Source of the DNA: Escherichia phage ECO71P1
Sequence record: OP172789
DNA: 64,000 nucleotides
Strand: one strand, 5' to 3'
The notes under the pieces are model-generated. The model ran no database searches and was not told where the DNA came from. It worked only from the letters and a program-made list of their open reading frames with translations. Made by a program: the position numbers and the translations under genes. This document shows positions 26,180-37,014 of the stretch, piece after piece. Each line of letters begins with the position of its first letter. Positions within the stretch are counted from its first letter, which is position 1.

Positions 26180-26824
26180 TTACATAACTGCTAATGCATC
26201 CTTGTAACGCTTTCTTCGCAACTCACCGTGGTTTGCTGCGTTCGGCGCGGCCCCGTTAATCCGCTTAACGGTTGAATCAAAATTACCTGCGTCAGCAAGA
26301 GGAATACATCCGCTATTCTTGAAGAACCATGCCGCGCTGTCTGCAATATATTTTGGTTCAGTCAGAATATCAGGGTTGTTCAATGCGTCATAGCCTGATT
26401 GGCGTGTATATTCCGCATAGTTTGCCTTGCCAGTCAGCTGAATGGCACCACGGCCACGGTACTTCCAACCGTCGCCAGATGCTACCGAACCGTTGCCCAT
26501 GCGGTTTGCATATGTATTATTGGCGATTTCCATAGGTTTACGTGCAATCGACAGGGCCAATGAGTTCGGGGCGCTTCCAGAACGACCGTTGACGCTGTAA
26601 CGACTAGGCCATGTATTGGCAAGACCTTGAGCAGAGTAGTTGAGATTTTCCACAAATGTTTTCAAGCTGCCTGTCTCCACTCCTACGTTTGCAAGGAATG
26701 CCGCGATGGCATTCTTGCTTTTGATTCCGTAGTGCTCACACGCCTGCTTGAAAGGGTCCACCCATTTCTCTGCGACATCCATGCTGCATCCGGTCCCTTT
26801 AGATATTACGTTTGCGTTAATCAT
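26180..26824 (-). CDS. endolysin, glycoside hydrolase family 19 (chitinase-like lysozyme)
   Basis: FLANVGVETG...GDGWKYRGRGAIQLTGKANY matches GH19 catalytic core. Confidence 0.75.
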   Translation of the reverse strand: MINANVISKGTGCSMDVAEKWVDPFKQACEHYGIKSKNAIAAFLANVGVETGSLKTFVENLNYSAQGLANTWPSRYSVNGRSGSAPNSLALSIARKPMEIANNTYANRMGNGSVASGDGWKYRGRGAIQLTGKANYAEYTRQSGYDALNNPDILTEPKYIADSAAWFFKNSGCIPLADAGNFDSTVKRINGAAPNAANHGELRRKRYKDALAVM

Positions 26825-26832
26825 AAATCACC

Positions 26833-28620
26833 TTATGCGCTTCTGTACCAGCCATTCAAAACAACGTATCGCGGCAAAGTCGCAACAGCCGTTGGCACCG
26901 ACTGCCCTGCGTTGCCAGTGTTACCGACCACATCGTGAGTGTGAGCGGGAAGGGTATAACTGTGGCTGTGATTGCCAGCGTAATTTATATTCAACCCATG
27001 GGTGTGTGATCCAGAAGATTGAATATTATGTACGTGATTGCCATTAGTTGAAGTGTTGTATTTGTAGTTATCCCAGTCGCCGCCTTTGCGACTTCCGAAG
27101 TTGTTGTGTGTCCCATCATAAACGCCGTACCGCGCATCACTAATATTGGATTCACCCCAGCTGCTGTCATGGTGGTGGTTGCCTGCCGTGCTCATTCCGT
27201 GCACGTGAGCGCCGTTTTGGCTGGTATCGCCTGTGTGGTTGTGGTTGCCTGCGTCTCCAGTGGTATTGGACCATGGACCGCTTTGTCGCGTGGTAATGTT
27301 CACGCTGTGATTGTGGAGAGGAAGCATAGCGGCGGTAAGAGTAACAGAGTCCGCGCCACCAGTGGCAAGACCGTTTCGTGCCGTGCCGGACGTGCGAATA
27401 ACCATGTTATCAGGCAGCCGTGTCCAAACCTGACCGTAAGCACCCAGCTTGGTATTTGGGTTGGTCCCGTTTGTCAAGAATCGAGTCTCACCTACTTCGA
27501 ATACATCACCCATAGTGATCAACTTCGCAGCCAAAGCATCGAGTTGGCGCTTTGTAACAAAATGTTGCGGCTCAGTAGCGTCAACGCCGATTTGCGCCGC
27601 GCCAAACGCCTGAAGGAGACGCCAAACAGTGCCGTCATAAATGATGGTGAATGGCAACAAGCCTACGATAGCGCCAGCTGGTAACTCGCCGCCGTCGAAT
27701 CCAAGAACGGCAACTTTGTTTACACCAATGGTCACGGTGACAGGTCCGGTAGTAGTCAAGTCATTGACGATTGTCAAACGACTACCCGCAGAAGGTGGCC
27801 ATGAATACCCTGCTGGAACGGTAAGGATTATATCTTGCGCTCCTTTACCAGATGCAAGGTTTGGAGTTCCGATTTGCACGTCTTGAACAGTGGCATTTTG
27901 AATCCAAGCACTCCAAGCACCAGAAGTGTAAGAGCGAGTAAACAAATAGCCATTCATTGATGTATATTGCTGCAGCGCAAACGTTTGTGCATCGACCTGC
28001 CAAGCGCAAACCTGAAGGCGACCTGCAACCTTCGTCGCGCCAACCGCATTCGGGATGTTAGAACACAGAGCGGCGACGGCATCGGACTGGATGACGATAG
28101 TTGTGGAAGTCGTAATATTATCGAAGTCCACAAAGCTTGAAATCAATCCGCGAACGAAGTACGGGTTTTGCGCATCGCCGCCAGCAGGCATTGGAATGTA
28201 TTTTCGCGCTTCGCTGGGCAGTGTTAATTCCTGCCAAGATTCCGTTTCTCCGTTGGCTGGCACGGCACTTGTGTTGCCGTCGACCACGCTTTGAAAAATG
28301 CGCCACTCAGGCGCTGAAGGCGTTCCAGAGTTGCTGACAACAATGGCGTTTTTCGGGTATCCATCCGGCTTCAAGTCAGAAGAGAAATATTGTTGAGCGC
28401 CATGATCTTGAATAAACATAAGGTTGTCTGTAATCAAATTCAGCAACCAGTTCATTGATTCGCGCTCAACAGCTTTCGCGGCGACGTTTCCGGCCTCCAG
28501 AGCAAGCGCATAGTCAGGAGTGTAGCCGCGCTGGAAGTTCACATAACCGCTTGGGCTTGCATCCGGCACCACGGATACATCACCGCTTTGCGCGAAAGGT
28601 CTGTTAATAAGTGTTGGCAT
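26833..28620 (-). CDS. tail fibre protein, T4 gp12-like, with His-rich HxH repeats in the C-terminal region
   Basis: VVPDAS N-terminal motif and GSRKGGDWDN plus HNH/HVH/HHH/HTH/HSH repeats; start trimmed to MPTLIN after GAGGAA. Confidence 0.6.
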   Translation of the reverse strand: MPTLINRPFAQSGDVSVVPDASPSGYVNFQRGYTPDYALALEAGNVAAKAVERESMNWLLNLITDNLMFIQDHGAQQYFSSDLKPDGYPKNAIVVSNSGTPSAPEWRIFQSVVDGNTSAVPANGETESWQELTLPSEARKYIPMPAGGDAQNPYFVRGLISSFVDFDNITTSTTIVIQSDAVAALCSNIPNAVGATKVAGRLQVCAWQVDAQTFALQQYTSMNGYLFTRSYTSGAWSAWIQNATVQDVQIGTPNLASGKGAQDIILTVPAGYSWPPSAGSRLTIVNDLTTTGPVTVTIGVNKVAVLGFDGGELPAGAIVGLLPFTIIYDGTVWRLLQAFGAAQIGVDATEPQHFVTKRQLDALAAKLITMGDVFEVGETRFLTNGTNPNTKLGAYGQVWTRLPDNMVIRTSGTARNGLATGGADSVTLTAAMLPLHNHSVNITTRQSGPWSNTTGDAGNHNHTGDTSQNGAHVHGMSTAGNHHHDSSWGESNISDARYGVYDGTHNNFGSRKGGDWDNYKYNTSTNGNHVHNIQSSGSHTHGLNINYAGNHSHSYTLPAHTHDVVGNTGNAGQSVPTAVATLPRYVVLNGWYRSA

Positions 28621-28630
28621 TGCCGTTCCT

Positions 28631-31369
28631 CTACACGATGTATTTAATTTTTGATAAAAGGGTTGATGCCCAATCACCAGTTAAGTCAGTTATATTCATG
28701 CTTGAAACATAACCACCAGCAGCACTTCTTGGAAAGTTTACTGTCGCTACAACATCCCCATTCGAAGCTATCAATTGAACTCCAGTAGCCAGTGACCCTG
28801 GGTTTTTGATGTATATAGAAGTTGCAGTTTTCTTTGCAAAATCTTCGCTTGTTGAAATAGCAAGCGCATTCATCGTATCACCAGACACAAGCATCAAGCT
28901 TAAAATGTCAAGTTCAAGAGTTGTGCCAACTTCGGTCGGCAAGTCTTTCCCTGATATCAAGCCAATACTGATTCCACCTGTCGACCCGTCCCAAGTCGCT
29001 CCTTCAACAATCTCAGCGGCAAGGTCAATTTCGATACGCTGCAAATCGCCTACGCCTATGTTGTAGAATTTAGGAATATAGCCGCCCATCCCATCCGGTA
29101 CAGTCACAAAAAGTTTTTGACCGTTAACCGTGTTGTTTTTGACTATTGCGATAAACGACAAAGGGCCAGTCAGGGTGCCAGTGTATTTAGTGGCCAGTAC
29201 GGCGCGTGCATAACCGGATGCTGGCACAGTCCCTATTGTAGCGGAAAGCTTGAATGATGGGAACTGGTTGGGAACACCGCTGATTGGCGTTGCCGTTACC
29301 GTGTTAGCTCCGTCCTTGACGATATTGCCAAAAGATGTGCCGTCATTGGGCTGTGTGTATCGCCAGTAGTTTGTGATTGCGGCACGTGGGATTTCACGAC
29401 CAAAGTCATCTCTTGATGCTTTTGAGATTGAATAATCGTTGACAAGTGCGCCGTCGATGACTTGGTTTACACCTTTCAAAGATTCAAGCTGTCTTATGAC
29501 ACCGTTAAAGTTGTTCAACGGCCACTCGTTAATGCCGCCAACTCTGATTATCCCGTCAGTGTTAATCCATGCAACACCTTCCGTTTCAAATCCGATTCTG
29601 GTGTCTGTGATGTCGCTTACTGTCAAGTCAATATCTGAAAGGTCTGCTTCTTCCTGGTAAAGTTGCCAACGTATCCCAGCGTTTGCTGGCAAGAATCCTT
29701 CACTCCTGTCGCCAACTAGCGTCTTAAAGTTATCAGACAAGTTGTTGGCAAAATAAGGCCCGATGACATATTCCATGTAATAGGCAGCGGTCGGCGGCGG
29801 CGGTACTCCGTCCAATCGGCTAACGTTCCATGAGCGTCTGATGCCGTCTGTTTCTGCGATCAGAGTGGCGTTGCCTGGGTACGGATAGCCGCCGATTGAA
29901 CCAGAGTACGCAAGCGATGAGCCAGGCTGCATGAATGACTCGCCTACCACGCCATCTCTTGTTGTCAACGGCCCGTTCGCGCAAGAGATGTTGTTGAGCG
30001 TTCCTGCCGTAACAGACAAGATTGCCGTTCCATCTGCAGGAGGATTTTGAGTCCCATAGAAATAAGGCTCAGGCCCATTAGGATTCTGAACAGGGTCGCA
30101 AACGCAAATGGAGTATCCAAAAAGAAGTGCATCAGACCCTTCAGGCAATTCGCGAGTCTGGGTTGATCCAGCGGCAGTTGCTTTCAACTCAATTGAAAAG
30201 CTTGTTTTCACCCCAGCTGTCGCGTTTGCAGTTTGCTCTACAATCCAGATTCTGTACCAATCGCCGCCGATGGCCTTGATGCCACCACGGCTTGATTCCC
30301 TTCTCACACCGTCGAACTTTCCTGTGATGAAATAACTCAAAGAAGGGTCAAGGTTGAATTGACCAGTAACTGGGTCGAAAAGCTTGCCATTACTCGATGC
30401 ATCACTGTTCTCTGTTACGGAAACAGAAGCCACGTTTTCAGAAAGCACTTTTATGTAGAAGCTATAGCAAACGTTGACACCAGCCTGAGAAGGAAGCGCA
30501 ATAGATTGGGCGCTTGGATTATTGGCCAAAGAATACACAGGCTCGCCGCTGGAAGCGGTCTTGATGACCCGTACTGCGTTGGCGAAATTCTCTATGGCCT
30601 CTCCTGGGTAATCACCGCACAGTTGGCCGTAATAGTCAGGGCCGCCATATTGTCGTGTATCACCGCCGACAATGCCAGCGTCGGAACCATTGCCCCATGA
30701 ATACCAGTCTGGGTGTGCCATTCGCGAAACGGTCCCTGCCACCCCACTTATGGTAAGTCCTGCGTTGTTGCCGTGACTCAAAAGAACTTGTTTATAATCG
30801 TGCTGAATCTCAGTTGACCCCTGCCAGTCGTACAGAAGGAATGAACCGTTTGTTGATTCAGAAGAAGACACTGCGCCTTGAGTATTGTCTGTCACGTATG
30901 CGTAGCGCGATGAAGAGTAATCCCAATCTTCTCCACGGTTAAAAATCCACTTAAGCATACGGTTGATGCTTTCTATGCGGCCATCGCTTGTGAGCGTCAA
31001 ATAACGAAGCTTAAGAAGGATTCGCGCTTCTTCAATGTTTTTCACAACCTTTCCGCCAGCACCAAAGAAGTTGCCGCCGATGTTGTCCGGCCCTTCGAAG
31101 TTGTCGCGTGTGGGTCCAAATGCCCAGTTGTGCTCATAGTTGCTTAAGTCAACAAAATCCCTTGGTATGCATAGGATGTCACACCAAATATAGATGCCCA
31201 TTGCATCGCAAGTATCAATGTTGAATATGTTTTTGTACCAGTCAATCCAAAACTGATCTTGATATCGCTCATACCAGTCACTTTTCTTTTGAACCAAAGA
31301 TGTGATGTTTGGCGCGTTGTTCTGCATCCACTTAAGGTTTTGCAACAGGTTTGTGTCAAACTTTTGCAT
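28631..31369 (-). CDS. large tail fibre or baseplate wedge structural protein
   Basis: 912 aa Gly/Ser/Thr/Asn-rich protein between baseplate genes and fibre; GAGGAA RBS. Confidence 0.5.
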   Translation of the reverse strand: MQKFDTNLLQNLKWMQNNAPNITSLVQKKSDWYERYQDQFWIDWYKNIFNIDTCDAMGIYIWCDILCIPRDFVDLSNYEHNWAFGPTRDNFEGPDNIGGNFFGAGGKVVKNIEEARILLKLRYLTLTSDGRIESINRMLKWIFNRGEDWDYSSSRYAYVTDNTQGAVSSSESTNGSFLLYDWQGSTEIQHDYKQVLLSHGNNAGLTISGVAGTVSRMAHPDWYSWGNGSDAGIVGGDTRQYGGPDYYGQLCGDYPGEAIENFANAVRVIKTASSGEPVYSLANNPSAQSIALPSQAGVNVCYSFYIKVLSENVASVSVTENSDASSNGKLFDPVTGQFNLDPSLSYFITGKFDGVRRESSRGGIKAIGGDWYRIWIVEQTANATAGVKTSFSIELKATAAGSTQTRELPEGSDALLFGYSICVCDPVQNPNGPEPYFYGTQNPPADGTAILSVTAGTLNNISCANGPLTTRDGVVGESFMQPGSSLAYSGSIGGYPYPGNATLIAETDGIRRSWNVSRLDGVPPPPTAAYYMEYVIGPYFANNLSDNFKTLVGDRSEGFLPANAGIRWQLYQEEADLSDIDLTVSDITDTRIGFETEGVAWINTDGIIRVGGINEWPLNNFNGVIRQLESLKGVNQVIDGALVNDYSISKASRDDFGREIPRAAITNYWRYTQPNDGTSFGNIVKDGANTVTATPISGVPNQFPSFKLSATIGTVPASGYARAVLATKYTGTLTGPLSFIAIVKNNTVNGQKLFVTVPDGMGGYIPKFYNIGVGDLQRIEIDLAAEIVEGATWDGSTGGISIGLISGKDLPTEVGTTLELDILSLMLVSGDTMNALAISTSEDFAKKTATSIYIKNPGSLATGVQLIASNGDVVATVNFPRSAAGGYVSSMNITDLTGDWASTLLSKIKYIV

Positions 31370-31375
31370 AGTTCC

Positions 31376-32647
31376 TCACACAAATTTAACGTTGATGAAG
31401 CCGCGCATGGTATTGGCCTTATCCCAAGGATTTGCAATCCACTCGCTGCCATAATCGGAAGGATAAGTTGGCGCTGCCTGTCCGCTTTTAACTGCTGCAA
31501 TTTTGCAATCTTTGATATAAAGTCCTGGATATTCGCATGATACTGCTGAAGCAATTTCAAAAGAAGATTGAGATTGACCTACTGCATACCCCTGCTCACC
31601 GTTGAAATTGCCATTGCCGTAATTCAGTACAGCGGCAATAATAGACTCTGCATCAGCGGTCGCCGTTCCTCTTGAAACGGTTATGTCAACATACAAATCA
31701 TATATCACTGCAGTGTTAAATTTGACGAAATAAGACAGTTGTGATTCTGAATCAACCACTTCGATTCCATCAGGCGAGTTTACCGGATTGCCTTGATTAG
31801 TAGCGCCAAAGTCCCAAGGTTGACCGCCCATCTTCGCCTTGAATATCGTCTCCGCAAACACTTGCTTGTCAAATGTTCCGCTTGCGCATACCCAAACACC
31901 GTTAGGCGTTGAGAAGGTGATGCCGCGCACCGTTCCAGGGACTCCCGTGTCATTCTCCACGACCATCACAGACTCTACACCGTCGACCGACATGGCGCGA
32001 GCGCGTATGGCACCAAGCGATGCGATGCCCTGCTGGTAAAGACGCTTAACGCGAGCGGCCTTTAATGCTCCGTCGCCCATGTATTGTGTTCCTGGCACGG
32101 TTGTCGTTGCCGACGTTGAATAAGTTCTTGACCATCCGATGACGTCATAACCTTGCACCACTGTGAACTCTTCATCAGGTGCAACAGTGAATGATCCATA
32201 GTCTTTTGACGCAAGAGTCATGTTGCTTGTCTTGCCAGTCGAAGTGATTTGAACGTCTTCCAGCACATACCAGTATGTGCCATTTGAATCAGTAAGAAGA
32301 CTTCCAGCAGGAATTTCCAACAGCGGCGTTCCCTCTGCAGTCACACCTTTCAGCATCGTGCTTACGTTCTTTGTTCGCTCGATACCAAGAAGCGCCGCGA
32401 TTGCATCAAGATATACTCCATATGAGTAGTTAGGGTTGATGAGGCTTCCCAATTCGGCATTGTTCTTCATCACTGAAGTTCTTGCCAACGTCTCTGTTGC
32501 GATTAGCGTGCCTTGCGGCGTCGAAGCATCAACATCAAGCCCGACCCCTAAAGACTCAATCCATTCACCTTGAACATCAGCCAATAAATCTGCCGTGTCA
32601 ATGGTGATCACACCAGTGCTTACTATGTAAGAATATTGTGCACTCAT
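31376..32647 (-). CDS. baseplate wedge protein (baseplate J-like)
   Basis: 423 aa; position and size in baseplate module. Confidence 0.4.
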   Translation of the reverse strand: MSAQYSYIVSTGVITIDTADLLADVQGEWIESLGVGLDVDASTPQGTLIATETLARTSVMKNNAELGSLINPNYSYGVYLDAIAALLGIERTKNVSTMLKGVTAEGTPLLEIPAGSLLTDSNGTYWYVLEDVQITSTGKTSNMTLASKDYGSFTVAPDEEFTVVQGYDVIGWSRTYSTSATTTVPGTQYMGDGALKAARVKRLYQQGIASLGAIRARAMSVDGVESVMVVENDTGVPGTVRGITFSTPNGVWVCASGTFDKQVFAETIFKAKMGGQPWDFGATNQGNPVNSPDGIEVVDSESQLSYFVKFNTAVIYDLYVDITVSRGTATADAESIIAAVLNYGNGNFNGEQGYAVGQSQSSFEIASAVSCEYPGLYIKDCKIAAVKSGQAAPTYPSDYGSEWIANPWDKANTMRGFINVKFV

Positions 32648-33396
32648 TCTATCATATTCCCAGTTCTGTTTCCAGGCCCGTTACCGATATGCCCGTGAGT
32701 GGATACATCAATGCCGCCGACCGTTGTGCCAGTCGGAAGCGTTGCCGTCGTTCCTTCTTTGCCTTCTATCCCGCCATTGAATGTTGCCTTTCCATTTACT
32801 ATCAATTGTTGATCGATAGTGGTTATCGGGGTCTTGACGTTTACTCCAGCAGATGCAGTAATGTTTATTGAGTCATCACTTAGTGCAATTCTCACAGCGC
32901 CGCTGAGGGACTGGATTACCATTGACCCTGCATCCTCTCCGCTTATGGTGTATTTTCGGAATACATCCGGTATGAACAGCCCATCAGCGAAAGTTTTTAC
33001 ACGGCCATTGGTAGGCGCTGTCGGCTTCAATTCTTCAAGGAATGTCGACAACTCGCGGTCGCCAGCGAATATCCAGCCCAAGTCGCCTTCCTTCAAAGGG
33101 AAGTTGATCACGAATCCGCCGCCGCCGATTGCCAATACCGGAATTGACACCAAAGGTTGACGCTCCACTGGCTTATCATCAAGACTTACGAAATGAATAA
33201 CAGGTTTTATGACTGCTAAATTTTTCTTGCGGTCATAAGATATTACTTGCGCAGGAATCATGCCATCAGTGGTATACTTGCCACGGTCCAGCATTCCCTG
33301 AAGCGCGGCAAACATACTTGATTTGTCAGTTTGGTTGGGGCTTGTAAGTTGGGTTAACTTTTCTGCCATCATAGACTCCTTATATCTGATCAACAA
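32644..33396 (-). CDS. baseplate central spike or assembly protein (gpV-like)
   Basis: 250 aa with Gly-rich beta-like segment; synteny. Confidence 0.35.
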   Translation of the reverse strand: MLIRYKESMMAEKLTQLTSPNQTDKSSMFAALQGMLDRGKYTTDGMIPAQVISYDRKKNLAVIKPVIHFVSLDDKPVERQPLVSIPVLAIGGGGFVINFPLKEGDLGWIFAGDRELSTFLEELKPTAPTNGRVKTFADGLFIPDVFRKYTISGEDAGSMVIQSLSGAVRIALSDDSINITASAGVNVKTPITTIDQQLIVNGKATFNGGIEGKEGTTATLPTGTTVGGIDVSTHGHIGNGPGNRTGNMIE

Positions 33397-33429
33397 ATTA
33401 TAATCTATAAGGAGTCTATAAGCAATATT

Positions 33430-33951
33430 TTAGCGATTTGACTTTGATTCTTTAATGGCAGCTTCGTTTGAGTAGGCTTCATTAAGTGATTTTGCTATTA
33501 AACCATCAAACATAGCAAATGCATCACGCAGTGAATAGTATTCTTCCAACTCCTTTAAAGATGCAAGGCCGTTATTTATTAGACTTGCAACCATTGGCTC
33601 AAGATAATTAGGCTCTACTGTCGGTGCATCCGCCAAGAATCTATTTGGAATTTTGGTGCTTTTCCAATCGCTAAGGAATCCAAAGTTGTGCTTTTTAACG
33701 GCTTCCATTAACACTTTCAACACAAGATTAGGCGGCAAGTGATTAGGAATACTTTTCACTTCTTCACTAATTACTTTTTCAGAATTAAGCCTTACTTTGG
33801 ACCCGTCGTATTTTATTACATAACATTCACTCAATAATTCAAGTGGGGTTAATATACTTATGTCATCGACCATTTCAAATGCATCTATTGCGCTGAATTG
33901 ATGAATTTCATAAGTTACGCCAAACAAGTCGATTATTTTATTCTTTCTCAT
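33430..33951 (-). CDS. hypothetical tail/baseplate protein
   Basis: 173 aa ORF in baseplate module. Confidence 0.4.
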   Translation of the reverse strand: MRKNKIIDLFGVTYEIHQFSAIDAFEMVDDISILTPLELLSECYVIKYDGSKVRLNSEKVISEEVKSIPNHLPPNLVLKVLMEAVKKHNFGFLSDWKSTKIPNRFLADAPTVEPNYLEPMVASLINNGLASLKELEEYYSLRDAFAMFDGLIAKSLNEAYSNEAAIKESKSNR

Positions 33952-33953
33952 AT

Positions 33954-34826
33954 TTATGCCGATGGTGCAACGCCGCCCGTCACCGTAAATATGTCATCAC
34001 GACTCGCTAAATCATATTCAAGTTGCATGATGACAAATGTGGTGTCGTTCAAGCTTGGGTTTAAGACTGATTTGAATTTAACACCTTGTGCAAGCTTCAA
34101 ATCTGCGTTATACATACAAGTGAAGTCTGCACCCCACTCGTTCCACATCGGTATTCCGACAAATTCCTCAATGACCGTAATCTGGTCTGGATTTAGAATT
34201 TTGTCTTTATCCTTAACAATTAACGTATCGTCATCAATGTATGCCGCGATGGAGTTGCGTTGATAGTTCTGGATCTCAAGCAGCAGCGCAGCAGCAACAT
34301 ATGTCGTTCTTCCTGGGTTTACAAGGCGCTGATTGTTAATCGACGTGTCGCAAATAACAGTATCAATGTCCATTTGCTTTGCAGACCATTCCACAAACTC
34401 TTTGAAAGTCGGGTTGGATGGCGCGGCTTGAGTTATGAACTTCGTTCTGTTTATTTGGTTTGTATAACACGTGATTCTGATGACGATATTCGGCGGCGGC
34501 GCTGTTATCTCCACCGTAGTCACCTGTCCCTTGTATACCAAGTTGCTGCTGATTACGCTCCCCTCTCTGTATCCAGCTTCAATAGTCACGTTAACGTAGT
34601 TCGCCGCCAACTGACCTTGGTCACGCAGACGTTTGTTGAATGCCGTGAAGTTGGAAAGCAGATACTCTCTCAAGTACCCTGTCAATCCTGCGACTTCAAT
34701 CGTGGCCTTATTCTGAACGGAAAGTGCTGCCTTTTTGATTCGGCATCTGAGCATCAATCCTTCATCAAGAACTTGGCTTGTGCCATCCGGCATAGATAAG
34801 GTGACCTTAAGGATTCTCTTTTTCAA
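33954..34826 (-). CDS. baseplate hub / tail-associated protein
   Basis: 290 aa, immediately downstream of tape measure gene. Confidence 0.4.
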   Translation of the reverse strand: MKKRILKVTLSMPDGTSQVLDEGLMLRCRIKKAALSVQNKATIEVAGLTGYLREYLLSNFTAFNKRLRDQGQLAANYVNVTIEAGYREGSVISSNLVYKGQVTTVEITAPPPNIVIRITCYTNQINRTKFITQAAPSNPTFKEFVEWSAKQMDIDTVICDTSINNQRLVNPGRTTYVAAALLLEIQNYQRNSIAAYIDDDTLIVKDKDKILNPDQITVIEEFVGIPMWNEWGADFTCMYNADLKLAQGVKFKSVLNPSLNDTTFVIMQLEYDLASRDDIFTVTGGVAPSA

Positions 34827-34830
34827 ATTA

Positions 34831-37011
34831 TCACCACTTCAAAGGTGTAGCAGTAAGGTTGTTTATGTCGTTGATATCATCTTGTTCAAGCACACGCTTA
34901 GTCTCAATCGCCGTGCTTCTTGGGTCTTGAGCGCCGTTGACGTTGATGACAACGTTTTTCTGACCCATAGTAATATCACGCCCACCAGGTCGACTATTCG
35001 CGGAAAGGTCGCCGCCGTATTTCTGGAATGCTTCAAGCTGGAATGCCGCAAGACGAGCATTCTTCATGGCTTCGGCCTGAATGTTCGGCCTTACACCTGG
35101 AGTTGAAGCCAGCTGCATGTTTTTAATATAATCCCTTTGCGTTCCAAGTTTAAGGTAAGTTTGAGCAAAGTCAATATCACCTTTGTTGACTTGTCCTTGC
35201 ATCAGCTGCTCAACTGGCACGTTGAGGTATCCTGCAATAGCTTCTTGCAGCTGTCTATATTGCACCGTTTGGCGGGATTGGCCCTGTACTGGAGCGTAGC
35301 TGCCTTTTGGCGCTTCTACTCCGCTACCGCTAAGCACTGGAGTAACTGGTGCACCTTGCGGCGCTCCCGTGGCGTATTCTCCATTCGCCTGTCGTTCGAG
35401 AGCGGCCATCACCTTGCCAGGGTATGCACGGGTGTTCTTTCCCCATCCGCTGCGGTCATATCCGCCGTGATACATAGTCAGTGCAAGATTCCAATCGCCA
35501 TTGGCAGCAGTTAAATATTCCTTGAGAAGTTGAGCGCCGCCCATAATGTTTTGTCTTGGGTCATTACCGTCTGTGATACCAAGTCCCTTGAAGTTGGAAG
35601 GCATTATTTGCATCAGTCCGGTCGCGCCTGCTCCGCTTACGGCATTAGGGTTGAATCCAGATTCGACTTCTGTGACGGCCTTCATCATCGCAACAGGGAT
35701 TCCATAACGCTTGGAGGCTTCCTCATAGATTGAGTCATATGCAGTCGGATTTCCTGACCCCAAGTTGTTGCCTACGGTCGCACCAGTGCTTAGTGCTGGC
35801 GTGCCAGGCATTGCGGATTGGCCTGCGCTTCGTCCTATCTCACCAGCCCATGCAGCCCACGCTTGTCGCTCATCAATAACACCAGCAAAGGTTGAAACGG
35901 CGCTTGAAAACAGGTTTATATCGCGAGTGAAAAGTGCTTGCGCAGAACGTTGTTCAGCCGCGTTTTGCTCCTGATTCCTCTGGCGTTTCACATCGCCGTC
36001 AGCCATCTGGGTGATCCATCTATCAACGGCACGCTCGTGGCGCTCGTTGACAGCCGCCTGTTTATCAAACGGGTGCTTCAAGTCAGCAATGAAATTGTCG
36101 ACAAATTCGGACCATCCATCAGACATTCTTTGGAACATCATCTGGAATCCTTCGACTGTATCGGCGGTTTTGCTGACAAGCGTCGAGAATGCAGGCATCA
36201 CGTTCTCACCGATTACCAGTTCAATGCGTCGCCAGTCTTCTTGAATTTGGCCCATGCTGTTTCGTATCGTTTCAAGAGCGGCCTGCTGTCTTTGCAGCTT
36301 CGCGGTTTCTTCGTCGCTTATACGGGTGCTTTCTTTGACTGATTGATTTCGCTCACGAAGCGCACGGACTTCATCGGCGGTAAAACCTGCCAGAGCACCA
36401 ATAGCACGAGCGGTTTGCTCATTCACACTTCTCAGCTTTGTGCCAATTTCATCAAGAAGCTGGTTTGTGTCTTTGATGCCGCCGTTACTGTTGAAAGGAC
36501 TAGTGCCCATCTTGTTCAGCAACAAGTTGTCCTTGTTCATCACATCTGGGTTGGTGTATGCGTTGAATGCGAGATTAGAAGCTTTGCTGATCAAATCCCT
36601 TGACCCCTGCGCACCAAGAATGCCACCTGAACTTTCATTCAATTGTCGCTGTAATTGCTCCACGCCAATTGGTGAAAGACCTGCTTCAAATCCCAGCTTC
36701 CTTTGCGCTTCATATTCTTTTCGAACATCAACAATGGATTTGACGACGACGGCCAATCCTGCGACAACAGGAACGAGCGCGGCAAAGCGGTAAGTAAGCC
36801 GCGCAAGGATTCCGTCAATGGACCCCAGTTCAGCTGTGAGAGGCTTCAGCTCACCAAACACATCTTTGAATGCTCCGGTGAAGTCCTTACCAGCGGCCTT
36901 TGCCTTTTTGTTTGTCTGATCAACCTTATCTTGCAATTGCTCAAGACGATTGATGGACTCTTTCAAGTCCACCGTATATTGAAGAACAAATTTTTCTAAT
37001 GAGTCAGACAC
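34831..37011 (-). CDS. tail tape measure protein with lytic transglycosylase (SLT) domain
   Basis: 726 aa, coiled-coil-rich, SGAGATGLMQIMPSNF motif; GTG start after AAGGGG. Confidence 0.7.
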   Translation of the reverse strand: MSDSLEKFVLQYTVDLKESINRLEQLQDKVDQTNKKAKAAGKDFTGAFKDVFGELKPLTAELGSIDGILARLTYRFAALVPVVAGLAVVVKSIVDVRKEYEAQRKLGFEAGLSPIGVEQLQRQLNESSGGILGAQGSRDLISKASNLAFNAYTNPDVMNKDNLLLNKMGTSPFNSNGGIKDTNQLLDEIGTKLRSVNEQTARAIGALAGFTADEVRALRERNQSVKESTRISDEETAKLQRQQAALETIRNSMGQIQEDWRRIELVIGENVMPAFSTLVSKTADTVEGFQMMFQRMSDGWSEFVDNFIADLKHPFDKQAAVNERHERAVDRWITQMADGDVKRQRNQEQNAAEQRSAQALFTRDINLFSSAVSTFAGVIDERQAWAAWAGEIGRSAGQSAMPGTPALSTGATVGNNLGSGNPTAYDSIYEEASKRYGIPVAMMKAVTEVESGFNPNAVSGAGATGLMQIMPSNFKGLGITDGNDPRQNIMGGAQLLKEYLTAANGDWNLALTMYHGGYDRSGWGKNTRAYPGKVMAALERQANGEYATGAPQGAPVTPVLSGSGVEAPKGSYAPVQGQSRQTVQYRQLQEAIAGYLNVPVEQLMQGQVNKGDIDFAQTYLKLGTQRDYIKNMQLASTPGVRPNIQAEAMKNARLAAFQLEAFQKYGGDLSANSRPGGRDITMGQKNVVINVNGAQDPRSTAIETKRVLEQDDINDINNLTATPLKW

Positions 37012-37014
37012 AGT

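Noticed and set aside
28806-30700. Plus-strand ORFs within the 912 aa tail protein gene
   Set aside because: Nested antisense ORFs in a long structural gene.
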